Notes: generated by a model not told the origin, from the letters alone. Counted from the first letter of the stretch, positions 1-9,426 are shown. The stretch is 54,939 nucleotides of DNA from an uncultured Candidatus Saccharibacteria bacterium (GCA_964618065.1 CAZTZK010000019.1:1-54939), one strand, 5' to 3'. Numbers and translations are program-made.

Positions 1-261
1 TTCTAGCTTTAGATTGTTTTTGCTTGGGTACAGCCACAATTATAAAGATTATTTTTTAGTATTGGCAATGATAGTCTAAGTAGCATAAAATTTCAAGGGC
101 TTAGGGCTAAATTATTATTTTATGGAGAAGATGTTTTTTCCAATAGATTTTTCGTTGGAGCTTATTTGTAGGAGAATTTTGTTTAGTAGATAATTTAAAA
201 ATAATTGATCCGAATAAATTCAAAAAGCGATCTATAGATAAATTAAACTTTTAATTCTTTC

Positions 262-837
262 TCAAAAATTCTCTACATAAAATCTTAATAGTCTGTTTCT
301 CCATTTTTCTCCAGCGTAATCTATCCCAATACGCTTGGTTTTTTTAATTTGTCTTGTTGGAATAAAGATACCCCAATCTTCAAGGTAAAGTTTTGATCTT
401 TGACTATTTGCTTTTTTAGCATTTAAACTTTGATTTATTTTCAGGGCGCGACAAAGTTTCCCTGGTCCATTAGTTTTAGTACCAGTTTCCAAACCGTTGA
501 GAGGTTTTAAAGATCTAATTAGAACAGCGCAAGGATTTCCCTTAGGCTCAGTCACTAAATTCAAACAATAATACATTCCGTAAACAAGATAAATATACCA
601 ATATCCTGGTGGCCCAAACATGATTTTGGTACGTGGAGTTAATCCCTTACTTGAATGGCAGGCTTTATCATTAATTCCTAGATAAGCCTCTGTTTCGGTT
701 ATCACTCCGGAAATTTTTCTTCCGCCCGTTTCTCTAGTCATTACTTTTCCTAAGAGTTCTTTAGCCGTTTCTTCAGTTTTCTGTAAGAAAAATTTTTGTT
801 CTAACAATTTTGATCTAAAGACCATTTTTTTCTGCAA
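262..837 (-). CDS. mpg: DNA-3-methyladenine (alkyladenine) glycosylase, MPG/AAG family
   Basis: 191-aa ORF. Blocks ITETEAYLG, DKACHSSKG, MFGPPGYWYIYLVYGMYYCLN and NGPGKLCRAL match the methylpurine glycosylase family. Its start overlaps the 3' end of rnhB by 23 nt on the same strand. Confidence 0.8.
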   Translation of the reverse strand: MQKKMVFRSKLLEQKFFLQKTEETAKELLGKVMTRETGGRKISGVITETEAYLGINDKACHSSKGLTPRTKIMFGPPGYWYIYLVYGMYYCLNLVTEPKGNPCAVLIRSLKPLNGLETGTKTNGPGKLCRALKINQSLNAKKANSQRSKLYLEDWGIFIPTRQIKKTKRIGIDYAGEKWRNRLLRFYVENF

Positions 838-1444
838 TCATTTTCTTTATTGGTTGAAAACTTTTTCTATGAATTGGACAAGGACCGTATTTTTTTAGAG
901 CAACTAAATGTCGCTGAGTACCGTATCCTTTATGCTGCTGAAAGCCGTATTGGGGATATTTTTTGGCCAGCTTGCAGATAATTTTATCCCGGGTCACTTT
1001 TGCTATAATGGAAGCAGCGGAAACTAAAGGAATTAGCTCATCCGCTTTGGGTTCCGCTTTTTGAATAATTGATAGATTAGGAATTTCAAAATTTCCGTCA
1101 ACTAATAAGTAATCCGGTCTTTCTTTTAAATCTGTTAGAGCTCTTTTCATCGCTAAAAAAGTGCCTTGGAGAATGTTAATCCTATCAATTGTTTCTTCCG
1201 GGCAGATTCCAATCCCTACAAATAAATTTTCCTTTATTTTTTTATACAGAATATCTCTTTTTTGAGAATTTAATTTCTTTGAGTCTTTTACTCCAAGTTT
1301 TTTAAGAAAGGGTAGATTTTCTTTTTTTATAGCTACCACTCCGGCTACTACCGGACCAGCCAAGGGGCCTCTCCCTGCTTCATCAATCCCAGCCACCAAA
1401 GAATTTTTTCGAAATAATTTTTCTAACAGCGAGTAGCTGTTCAT
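815..1444 (-). CDS. rnhB: Ribonuclease HII
   Basis: 209-aa ORF with the N-terminal GIDEAGRGPLAGPVV catalytic motif, plus LLVDGN and SAASIIAKVTRD blocks typical of RNase HII. Confidence 0.9.
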   Translation of the reverse strand: MNSYSLLEKLFRKNSLVAGIDEAGRGPLAGPVVAGVVAIKKENLPFLKKLGVKDSKKLNSQKRDILYKKIKENLFVGIGICPEETIDRINILQGTFLAMKRALTDLKERPDYLLVDGNFEIPNLSIIQKAEPKADELIPLVSAASIIAKVTRDKIICKLAKKYPQYGFQQHKGYGTQRHLVALKKYGPCPIHRKSFQPIKKMIAEKNGL

Positions 1445-1794
1445 TTTAGAATGCAGTCTCGGTTTATAAAAAAAACAAGGGGAATTACCAAAGCTGCAAC
1501 TAAAGCGTTAACAATTCCGTGAGGCATTAGAGCTACAAAAATTAGAAGAGCAACAACGATTAACAAAATTTTAACTAGTTTTTGAGAGCCAGAAAATTTT
1601 TTAGCTGAAGATTTTTTACTTAGGAGAGCTAGAACGGAAGCTAATGTCAGAGCACCTATTAGCAGAAAACTTATAGGGAAGAAACGGCTGGCGATTCCCT
1701 TTAAAAGAAGATCTAAGACTAGAAAAATAAAATAATAAATGATTAAAATTATTATTAAGTGATATAAAATAAAAAGATATTTTTTTTGAAACAT
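1441..1794 (-). CDS. Small hydrophobic membrane protein, unknown function
   Basis: 117-aa ORF, almost entirely hydrophobic (about 3 TM helices by eye). It overlaps the rnhB start by 4 nt. No family recognised. Confidence 0.5.
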   Translation of the reverse strand: MFQKKYLFILYHLIIILIIYYFIFLVLDLLLKGIASRFFPISFLLIGALTLASVLALLSKKSSAKKFSGSQKLVKILLIVVALLIFVALMPHGIVNALVAALVIPLVFFINRDCILK

Positions 1795-1806
1795 TCTATT
1801 GTTTTA

Positions 1807-2817
1807 TTATTTAAATTTTCTTGCTGTAATTTTTAAATTTTCCCAGGAGATATTTCTTAAAAATTTTACTTTTATTTTTGAGACTTGGATTACTTCGGGA
1901 AGCTCAAAGTGGTAAGCGTTTCCTTCTTCTGCTTTTAGAAGATCAGATAATTCTATTAAACAATTACCCTTTTGATTTAAACTGAAAGTTATTTTTTCTT
2001 TTGGATCAATTCTATCTAATTCTATAGGCTCAATTGCTGAGTAACTTTGATTATATTCTTCATAATCTAAAATTTTAAGTTCCCCATTTTTTACAAGATA
2101 GTAATTTTCTGAAAGATTGTCTTTAAAGATTGTTCCGTTTGGGTGAGATGCCGTTAAAGTAAGAGGGAAAGGAGAGTTGGAATGAATTCTGGCTTCTTTT
2201 TTCTCCACTCTAACGACTTTTTCCCAGTTATATTTTAATTGATCAAATATTTCAGGAGAGGGGATAATTATTTTTTTCCCATCTGATATTATGAAAATAC
2301 TTTCTTGATCTTGAATTAATGTCCCATCTAAGAAGCCTGCTAGTTCTTTGCTCAAAGTTAATTTTTCAAATTTTGTTTTTGTCATTGTTTTTGCCTTTGT
2401 TTCTCCTCCATAACTTTGTAAGATATTTAAGGTAGGGATTAGTTTTTTTTCAGTCTCGGTTAATAGATAAAATTTAGCGGCATATTTGCCTAATTCTATC
2501 TTGTCTTTAGCCGTGTTTTTTTTCTGAGGGTAAAAAGAAGCAGCAAATCCCTTTTTTAAAATTATCTCATCAGAAACTTCTATCTCTTTGGAGCTAGGCT
2601 CGTATTCAATTTCTATTTTTATTTTTTTGGGATCTAATTGAGGAGTAATCGTAAAAGAGTTATCTTTAGTTAAAATTATCGTTGCTTTATCTAGTTTTTT
2701 TGATTCAAAAGAATAAGTTTCTGAGGGGAAAATTTTATTTAATCCTATAAAAGCAACTAAAAGAGCTGGAAACGAATAGAGGCAATAGAGAATGATTTTT
2801 TTATTTTTCATCAGCAT
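1807..2817 (-). CDS. Signal-anchored/secreted hypothetical protein
   Basis: 336-aa ORF with an N-terminal hydrophobic segment (IILYCLYSFPALLVAFIGL) and a Lys/Glu-rich soluble body. It is packed tightly between neighbours on the same strand. No family recognised. Confidence 0.5.
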   Translation of the reverse strand: MLMKNKKIILYCLYSFPALLVAFIGLNKIFPSETYSFESKKLDKATIILTKDNSFTITPQLDPKKIKIEIEYEPSSKEIEVSDEIILKKGFAASFYPQKKNTAKDKIELGKYAAKFYLLTETEKKLIPTLNILQSYGGETKAKTMTKTKFEKLTLSKELAGFLDGTLIQDQESIFIISDGKKIIIPSPEIFDQLKYNWEKVVRVEKKEARIHSNSPFPLTLTASHPNGTIFKDNLSENYYLVKNGELKILDYEEYNQSYSAIEPIELDRIDPKEKITFSLNQKGNCLIELSDLLKAEEGNAYHFELPEVIQVSKIKVKFLRNISWENLKITARKFK

Positions 2818-2834
2818 AATTTAGATCTTTTAAT

Positions 2835-4634
2835 TTATTGGTTATCCAAATCTAATTTAACCAGATAAAACATTTTTTTCTCATTTAAAAGGGGAGGTAA
2901 TTTAATTGGTTTAGTATAATCTGTCTTTTTGTCAAACTTATCAACTTTTAATTGTTTAAAATTCAAAAATATCTTTTTAGAGTTGCTGTTTGAATCAATA
3001 AAATTTTCATAACGGTTTAATTCATCGGCTCCTGAAAAAAGATATATTTTATTAAAGTCTTGTTGGGAAATTTTCTCTATATCTTGTGGGTTATAAATAT
3101 AAACAGCATTTTTTTCAAAAAGATAACGCATGGGTTCGGAGATTAAACTCCAATTATCAGGGGAGCTACTTTTATCTACAAGGATTAAGTCATTTTCTTC
3201 AAAAGTTCTGGTTAAATTTTCTATTTCTTTTATTAAAAGAGGATTTTTTTTGGCAAAACCGTATTCTAGAAATAAATTAGCCTGAAAAATTGTCATCAAA
3301 GCTAAAATAACAAAAGCCAGCTGTTTATTTTTAAAAGTTTTGGATATTAATAAAACTGAATAAATTATCAAAAGAGGAATTACGGCGAACATAAAACGTC
3401 TTAAGACCCAAGGGTGATCTAGAGAAATTGTTGGTTTTATGAAATAGATTAAGAAGACTCCACCTAGGATTAAAGGCAAAAAGCTTTTGGAGATTAATTT
3501 TATTCTGCCAAAGATCAATTTAGCTCCAGTTATTATTATATTAAACAATCCCAGTAAAACAATGAGAGAAAGGCCATATTTAAATAAAACGGAAAAGATG
3601 TAATTAGTCCTTAGAAAATTTTCCTTTAAGCTGGAAAATTGAAAAGAGAGTGCTTCTTTTTCTCTTTGATATCCGACAATGTCTTTAATCATTTTTTTAT
3701 AAAAAGGTAGAATGGAAAAAGAATAAGCAATGAAAAGTGTCGCTCCCAAGAGAAGAAGAAAAATCATTTGTTTATTAAAAAAAGCAACCTTCTTTTCCCG
3801 GGCTATTTTATAGATCACTAATAAAGCTAGAGCAATAACTATGATTCCTTCAATGCGAATTAGGCTAAAGCAAAAAAGAGAAAATAGTGACAGAAAGCCA
3901 CTAAATTTTTTATTTTTAGGGTTTTGGTAAAAATTTATAAGACAATAAATAGCAGTAAAAAGAAAACTGAAAGCCATAATCTCAGCTAGATTTTGTTTGG
4001 AGTACCAAAAAAAAGGAAAACTTAAGAAAAGGAGGGCTAAAGAAGCTAGCCCTGTTACAGCGTTTTTGGAAATTTTTTTAACTATTAGAAAAATAGCTAA
4101 GAATCCTAGAAAAACACCAAATAAATTAGCTATTTTTAGACCTGTCTCGCCTAGCAAGGAATACCAAAAAGCCAAATAAGATACATAACCAATATTGAAT
4201 TGTGTTTTTAGGGAGTTATTTTCGGTAATGATAAAACCTGGATAGTTTAAAGCCAAATCGTCTGATCCTTTATTATTAAAAATAGATAAAGTCGGATGAT
4301 TAAATTCCAATTGATGATTTTTAGCTAGCATTACAGCTGCTTCCACCATAGCACCTTGGTCTCTTCCACCTAGGTAAGAGGGAGAAAATTGTAAGAAAGT
4401 AAAAAGGCAAATTAGAGAAACAGCAAACAGAGCTAAAAAATTCCAACGGTCAATTTCTTTTTTAGCGAATAAACTAGGAAGAGTTTTTTTCTTTAATAAA
4501 ATAAGAATTGCTCCAAGAGTTAAGGCCAGGATTAAAGGTGCATAAAAAAACCCAACCCAAGCGAATAAAAAAGCCGCTAGGAATAAAAAATTAACTGAGA
4601 AAATCAAGCTAAGATATAATTTATTAAATTCCAT
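2835..4634 (-). CDS. Large polytopic membrane protein, possible GT-C (ArnT/PMT-like) glycosyltransferase
   Basis: 599-aa ORF with more than 10 hydrophobic helices and a soluble C-terminal domain of about 130 aa. The function is inferred from topology only. Confidence 0.45.
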   Translation of the reverse strand: MEFNKLYLSLIFSVNFLFLAAFLFAWVGFFYAPLILALTLGAILILLKKKTLPSLFAKKEIDRWNFLALFAVSLICLFTFLQFSPSYLGGRDQGAMVEAAVMLAKNHQLEFNHPTLSIFNNKGSDDLALNYPGFIITENNSLKTQFNIGYVSYLAFWYSLLGETGLKIANLFGVFLGFLAIFLIVKKISKNAVTGLASLALLFLSFPFFWYSKQNLAEIMAFSFLFTAIYCLINFYQNPKNKKFSGFLSLFSLFCFSLIRIEGIIVIALALLVIYKIAREKKVAFFNKQMIFLLLLGATLFIAYSFSILPFYKKMIKDIVGYQREKEALSFQFSSLKENFLRTNYIFSVLFKYGLSLIVLLGLFNIIITGAKLIFGRIKLISKSFLPLILGGVFLIYFIKPTISLDHPWVLRRFMFAVIPLLIIYSVLLISKTFKNKQLAFVILALMTIFQANLFLEYGFAKKNPLLIKEIENLTRTFEENDLILVDKSSSPDNWSLISEPMRYLFEKNAVYIYNPQDIEKISQQDFNKIYLFSGADELNRYENFIDSNSNSKKIFLNFKQLKVDKFDKKTDYTKPIKLPPLLNEKKMFYLVKLDLDNQ

Positions 4635-4739
4635 AATTTTTTGATTTTTAAACAGTTTATTTCCTCTAATTTATTTAGAATAAAAATATAAAATAAAAAT
4701 AAAATTTACTTTATTTTAGTCTAACTAAATTTTAGAAGT

Positions 4740-4768
4740 TTGGAAATAGATATTTTCTGTGATAAAAT
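4740..4768 (+). promoter_or_regulatory. Candidate sigma70-type promoter with extended -10 (TTGGAA-N17-TAAAAT, TG at -15/-14)
   Basis: TTGGAA at 4740-4745, a 17-nt spacer ending in TGa, and TAAAAT at 4763-4768. The -10 element ends 6 nt before the ATG at 4775. In AT-rich DNA such matches can arise by chance. Confidence 0.35.
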
Positions 4769-4774
4769 AAATTT

Positions 4775-5215
4775 ATGACTATTCAAAAAATATTATTATC
4801 TTTTAGACCCAAAAAGGAGAATCTACTTCCTCTTCTTCATCAAGTTAATTCTTGCTTTGGCTATATTTCAAAAGAGGATACTTATAGGATAGCAGATTAT
4901 TTTGGGATTATGCCGGCTAAAATCTACGGAATTATTACCGCTTCCGGAAATCTTAATTACAGAAAACCCTCTCGGGTTGAAATAGCTGTTTGTTCTGGAC
5001 AGAATTGTAAATTGAAAGGCTCTGCTGAGATTCTAAGAGAAATAGAAAATTATCTTTCAGTTAAAGCTGACCGTCAACCGACAGAAGAAATAAATCTTAG
5101 GACAATTAGTGGCGGAGGGCATTGCTTGATGGGTCCAACCTTGATTGTAAATGGTAATTTTTACGAAAATGTCAAACCCTTTGAAGTAGATGATATTTTA
5201 AAAAATTATTTCTAG
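4775..5215 (+). CDS. NuoE/HydC-like thioredoxin-fold [2Fe-2S] subunit (incomplete Cys set)
   Basis: 146-aa ORF. It has VCSGQNCKLKG (C-x4-C) and HCLMGPTLIVNG blocks in the NuoE/24-kDa subunit arrangement and sits directly upstream of a NuoF-like gene. Only 3 of the 4 usual cluster Cys are present. Confidence 0.7.
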   Translation: MTIQKILLSFRPKKENLLPLLHQVNSCFGYISKEDTYRIADYFGIMPAKIYGIITASGNLNYRKPSRVEIAVCSGQNCKLKGSAEILREIENYLSVKADRQPTEEINLRTISGGGHCLMGPTLIVNGNFYENVKPFEVDDILKNYF

Positions 5216-5246
5216 ATTTTAAAGGTTTTTAGAAACAAAAATTAAA

Positions 5247-6533
5247 ATGGAAGAGAAAAAAAATATTACCAAGCTTTGGAATAAAATTAACCCTTTTTTG
5301 ATTGAGAGTTATATTAGTGAAGGAGGATATCAAGTACTTTCAGATTTTTTAAAAACTCCAAAAACAAAGAAGGAAGCACACAAAGCTCGGGAAAAAATTA
5401 TGAGAACTCTTGAAGCATCAGGCTTAAGAGGGAGAGGCGGGGCTGGTTTTCTTACGAGTAAAAAATGGAAAATGGCGCTGGACAACTCTTTAGAAAAAAA
5501 GAAGCCACTTTATTTAGTGGTGAATGGGAACGAAGCTCAGCCAGGTTCTTTCAAGGATAGTTTCTTAATGAAAAAAAATCCTCATTTAATAATTGAAAGT
5601 ATAGCTTTAGCTGCTTATGCTCTAGGTAGCAAGAAAGCCATTTTATATCTTAATGGAAATTTTAGAGAGGAGCTTGCTATTATGAAGCAAGCCTTGATGT
5701 CCGCTCGTGAGCATGATTTTCTAAAAGGAGAATTTTTAAAAAGTGGCAAAGAAATTAAAATTGAAATTTTCCAAGGTGTTGAAGGGTATGTTTACGGAGA
5801 AGAAACTGCTCTTATTAATGTTTTAGAAGGAAACTTAGAGGGACCCCAAGCTAAACCTCCTTTTCCTACGCAGAAAGGTTACCGAGGATGCCCAACTGTT
5901 GTTAATAATTTAGAAACAATAGTTAATCTTGTTTCTCTTCTGGAAATGGGGCCCAAGGCTTATAAAAATTTAGGGGAGGATAATTCTAGTGGAACTAAAC
6001 TTTTTTCTGTTTCTGGCTCAGTTAAAAATCCAGGCGTATTTGAATTTCCTCTAGGAGTTACCTTGAAAGAAATAATATATGGAGTTTGTGGCGGGCCCGA
6101 AAAAGGGAAAAAAATAGCTTTTGTGCAAGCCGGTAGATTTAATAATTTTTTTTCCGAAAAAGAATTAAACTACCGTTTAGTTTATGAAGAAGGAAAAGGG
6201 AAAATTCCTGTAGGTACAGGTGATATTTTTGTAGTGGATAAAAACGCTGCTTTAGAGGATTTACTGCTTTCTTGGGCACAATTTTATCAACGGGAATCTT
6301 GCGGAAAGTGTACTCCTTGTAGAGAGGGAACTTATCAGCTTTTAAAAATTGCCGAGAGATCAAAAGATAAAAATATGCTGGAGAAAGACTATGAAAACTT
6401 AAAAGATATTTTAGAAGTTATGGAGAAAACTTCTTTGTGTCCTTTGGGTAATTTTGCGGCTCAACCCTGGAGAGGAATTATTAAATTTTATGGAGAAAAC
6501 TTTTTTTTAGAGAGGAAGAAAAATAAAAGATAA
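5247..6533 (+). CDS. NuoF/HydB-like NAD(H)- and FMN-binding subunit with a 4Fe-4S site
   Basis: 428-aa ORF. It carries GLRGRGGAGFLTSKKW (FMN site), GEETALINVLEG, and ESCGKCTPCREG...C (the N3-type 4Fe-4S motif). Confidence 0.85.
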   Translation: MEEKKNITKLWNKINPFLIESYISEGGYQVLSDFLKTPKTKKEAHKAREKIMRTLEASGLRGRGGAGFLTSKKWKMALDNSLEKKKPLYLVVNGNEAQPGSFKDSFLMKKNPHLIIESIALAAYALGSKKAILYLNGNFREELAIMKQALMSAREHDFLKGEFLKSGKEIKIEIFQGVEGYVYGEETALINVLEGNLEGPQAKPPFPTQKGYRGCPTVVNNLETIVNLVSLLEMGPKAYKNLGEDNSSGTKLFSVSGSVKNPGVFEFPLGVTLKEIIYGVCGGPEKGKKIAFVQAGRFNNFFSEKELNYRLVYEEGKGKIPVGTGDIFVVDKNAALEDLLLSWAQFYQRESCGKCTPCREGTYQLLKIAERSKDKNMLEKDYENLKDILEVMEKTSLCPLGNFAAQPWRGIIKFYGENFFLERKKNKR

Positions 6534-6535
6534 AA

Positions 6536-8350
6536 ATGATAGAAATAAAAATTAATCATAAAAAATACAAAGTTCAAGAAGGCAAAACTATATTGGAAAT
6601 TTGTCGTCAAAATGGTATTGATGTTGCTTCTCTTTGTAGTCATCCTGACCTTTCTAAAATTCAGAAAAATAAAAAAGAAAAATATTTTGGAGAAGCGGTT
6701 TGCCGACTTTGCTTAGTAAAAGTTAGAAAAAAAGGTGAAAAAAAATATCAGTTACAACCTTCTTGTAAATTAAAAGCGGAAACAGGCTTAGAAGTTATTA
6801 GTGAAGATGCTGAAATTATTAGGCTAAGGAGGACTAATTTAGAATTACTCTTTGCTAATCATGCCGGTCTGTGTTCACATTGCTCAAAAAATATGGATTG
6901 CGAGTTACAAGATTTAGCAATTAAATATGATATTGATGAATTTCGTTTTGTTCCTCGGCTAAGTGAGATAGAAAGTAGTGAAGAGCTTGAATTTCTTTAT
7001 GAAAAAATGTCTCGTCGCCTCATAGATGATAAGAATCCTTGTATTGCTAGAGATTCCGAGAAATGTATTAATTGTGGACGTTGTGTAAGAGTCTGCGAAG
7101 AAATTCAAAAAGTAGGAGCTTTATCTTCAACTGGAAAAAATAACAAAGCAGTCCCGGGAACAGAATATAATGTACCTTTAGAATGTAGCTATTGTGGCCA
7201 ATGTACTACTCTTTGTCCCACTGGAGCTCTTACTGAAAAGAGTGAAATAGGTAAATTTATAAAAGCTGTTAACGATTCTTCTAAAACGGTAATAGCTCAA
7301 GTAGCTCCTTCTCTAGCAGTTTCTTTAGGAGAAGAATTTGGAATGGTCCCCGGAGCAGTAATCTCTTTTAAATTAACTGCAGCTTTAAAAAAGATTGGAG
7401 TTGATTTAATTCTTGATACTGGTTTTGGAGCTGATCTTGCCTTAGTTGAAGAGAGCTCTGAACTACTAGAAAAAATTAGAGGCAAAAAAGAATCTCTTCC
7501 TCTTTTTTCTAGTTTTTGCCCATCTTGGGTTTTATTTTTGGAACAAAATTATCCTGAATTTTTGGAAAATCTTTCAACTGCCCGTTCTCCTTTTATGGCA
7601 TTAGCTTCATTAACAAAAAGTTATTATGCTCGTCAAAATAAACTAAATCCCAAAAGTATTTTTTCAGTTTCTATTACGCCTTGCATCGCAGAGAAATATG
7701 AGGCTACTAAGCCGGAGTTTAAGAAGAAAGGTTTTAGGAATATTGATTGCGTGCTTACCCCCAGAGAATTAGGTAGAATAATGAGAGGCAAGAAATTAAA
7801 AATTACTGAAGTTGAAGATTCTGATTTTAATCAACCATTGGGAAGGGGTAGCAAGTCAGGATTTGTTTTTGAAAATTCCGGAAGTGTTACCGAAGCTGTT
7901 TTAAAAACAACCTGTCAATTAACTTCTAAGAAAAATCAGCAAGAATTTAAATTTGTAAAAACTAAAGTTTCTCCAGGTATTGAGGATGCAGAATTAAAGT
8001 GTGGTTTTCTAAAATTAAAAGCTAAAATTGTTTCTGGTTTGGGGAATGCCAGAAAAGTTTTAGAAAGTATAAAAAAAGGTAAAAGCGATTTTGATTTTTT
8101 AGAAGTAATGGCTTGTCCTTATGGATGTATAGGAGGCGGAGGGCAACCTATTCCTACTGATTCTAAAATTAAAAAAGCTAGAAGAAAATCTCTTAATGCT
8201 CAAAGCAAACAATTTTCTCCAGATTTACCCTTGGAAAATCCTGCAGTTGCAAAAATTTATAATGAATTTTTAATTTCTTCCGGAAGCCGAAAAGCTAAAA
8301 GATATTTACATACAGGATATAAGCAGTATCATTATAAGTGGAGAAAATAA
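6536..8350 (+). CDS. [FeFe]-hydrogenase-like large subunit (HydA-like) with NuoG-type N-terminal Fe-S domains
   Basis: 604-aa ORF. N-terminal 2Fe-2S ferredoxin Cys pattern, H-x3-C-x2-C-x5-C (HAGLCSHCSKNMDC), and two ferredoxin motifs (CINCGRCVRVC, CSYCGQCTTLCP). H-domain motifs are FSSFCPSW, ITPCIAEKYE and EVMACPYGCIGGGGQP. Confidence 0.8.
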   Translation: MIEIKINHKKYKVQEGKTILEICRQNGIDVASLCSHPDLSKIQKNKKEKYFGEAVCRLCLVKVRKKGEKKYQLQPSCKLKAETGLEVISEDAEIIRLRRTNLELLFANHAGLCSHCSKNMDCELQDLAIKYDIDEFRFVPRLSEIESSEELEFLYEKMSRRLIDDKNPCIARDSEKCINCGRCVRVCEEIQKVGALSSTGKNNKAVPGTEYNVPLECSYCGQCTTLCPTGALTEKSEIGKFIKAVNDSSKTVIAQVAPSLAVSLGEEFGMVPGAVISFKLTAALKKIGVDLILDTGFGADLALVEESSELLEKIRGKKESLPLFSSFCPSWVLFLEQNYPEFLENLSTARSPFMALASLTKSYYARQNKLNPKSIFSVSITPCIAEKYEATKPEFKKKGFRNIDCVLTPRELGRIMRGKKLKITEVEDSDFNQPLGRGSKSGFVFENSGSVTEAVLKTTCQLTSKKNQQEFKFVKTKVSPGIEDAELKCGFLKLKAKIVSGLGNARKVLESIKKGKSDFDFLEVMACPYGCIGGGGQPIPTDSKIKKARRKSLNAQSKQFSPDLPLENPAVAKIYNEFLISSGSRKAKRYLHTGYKQYHYKWRK

Positions 8351-8382
8351 TATTTCTATTTTTATAAATTGATCTTAAAAAA

Positions 8383-9390
8383 ATGGTAAAAATTGCTATC
8401 AATGGTTTTGGCAGAATTGGCAGAGCCAGTTTCAAAGCAGCTTTTAAACGTAAGGATCTAGAAATTGTAGCGGTAAACGACTTGGCTAATATTGAAATAT
8501 TAGCGTATTTACTCGCTCATGATTCTGTTTTTGGAAATTACGATAAAGAAGTAAAAGTTAAAGGAACCAGTCTTTTTATAGATGGCAAAGAAGTTCCTAT
8601 TTTTTCACAGCCTGACCCCAGTCAACTTCCTTGGGGTAAACTAAAAGTAGATGTCGTTTTGGAATGTACAGGAGTTTTTCAAGATTCAAACAAGAGTAAA
8701 GCTCATCTTGAAGCTGGAGCTAAAAGGGTTATTATTTCAGCTCCCCCGAAAGATAAAACTAAAATTCTTTGTCTGGGCTGTAATGAAGAAGAATATAAAC
8801 CCAAAAAAGACTTTATTGTTTCTAACGGATCTTGCACGACTAATTGTTTAGCTCCGCTTGCCAAAATTCTTAACGACGAAATAGGGATTGAAAAAGGTTT
8901 GATGACTACTATCCATAGTTATACCTCTACTCAGAATCTAGTTGATGGACCCAACAAAGACTTTAGAAGATCTCGGTCGGGTAGTTTAAATATTGTTCCA
9001 ACTACCACAGGAGCAGCTATCGCTGTTACCAGAGTTATTCCTGCTCTAGAAGGTAAATTTAACGGAATGGCGGTTAGGGTACCTTCCCCTTGTGTCTCCT
9101 TAGTGGATTTAGTTGCTAAATTAAAACAAAATGTTACCTTAGAAAAAGTAAACAGTCTTTTTATTGGAGCTTCTCAAGGATCCTTGAAAGGAATTTTAGC
9201 AGTAGAAAAAGAACCTTTGGTATCATCTGATTTCCGCGGTAACCAATATTCTTCAATTGTTGATCTTGGCCAAACGATGGTGGTTGGTGATCTGGTTAAA
9301 GTTATTGCCTGGTACGATAATGAATGGGGCTATTCTGAAAGATTGATAGACTTGGCAATTTATATGACGCAGGAGGAAGAAAAAAAATAA
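8383..9390 (+). CDS. gap: Glyceraldehyde-3-phosphate dehydrogenase
   Basis: 335 aa. INGFGRIGR N-terminus, catalytic SNGSCTTNCLAP, and WYDNEWGYS near the C-terminus. Confidence 0.95.
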   Translation: MVKIAINGFGRIGRASFKAAFKRKDLEIVAVNDLANIEILAYLLAHDSVFGNYDKEVKVKGTSLFIDGKEVPIFSQPDPSQLPWGKLKVDVVLECTGVFQDSNKSKAHLEAGAKRVIISAPPKDKTKILCLGCNEEEYKPKKDFIVSNGSCTTNCLAPLAKILNDEIGIEKGLMTTIHSYTSTQNLVDGPNKDFRRSRSGSLNIVPTTTGAAIAVTRVIPALEGKFNGMAVRVPSPCVSLVDLVAKLKQNVTLEKVNSLFIGASQGSLKGILAVEKEPLVSSDFRGNQYSSIVDLGQTMVVGDLVKVIAWYDNEWGYSERLIDLAIYMTQEEEKK

Positions 9391-9426
9391 GCTTTTCATA
9401 AATTTTTAAAAAATAAGTAAATAAAA

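Noticed and set aside
1-261. Noncoding 5' edge with a 20-codon ORF preceded by GGAG
   Set aside because: The SD-to-ATG spacing of 3 nt is too short and the ORF is tiny and unconserved in appearance. The region is truncated by the window edge, so nothing can be concluded.
3086-4179. Plus-strand ORFs 3086-3280 and 3997-4179
   Set aside because: They are nested antisense within the 599-aa membrane protein gene. The Lys-rich translations are the mirror of a Phe/Leu-rich gene.
6139-8851. Small track ORFs 6139-6363(-), 7297-7485(-) and 8651-8851(+)
   Set aside because: They are nested within the NuoF-like, HydA-like and gap genes, either antisense or out of frame. The host genes have strong motif support.
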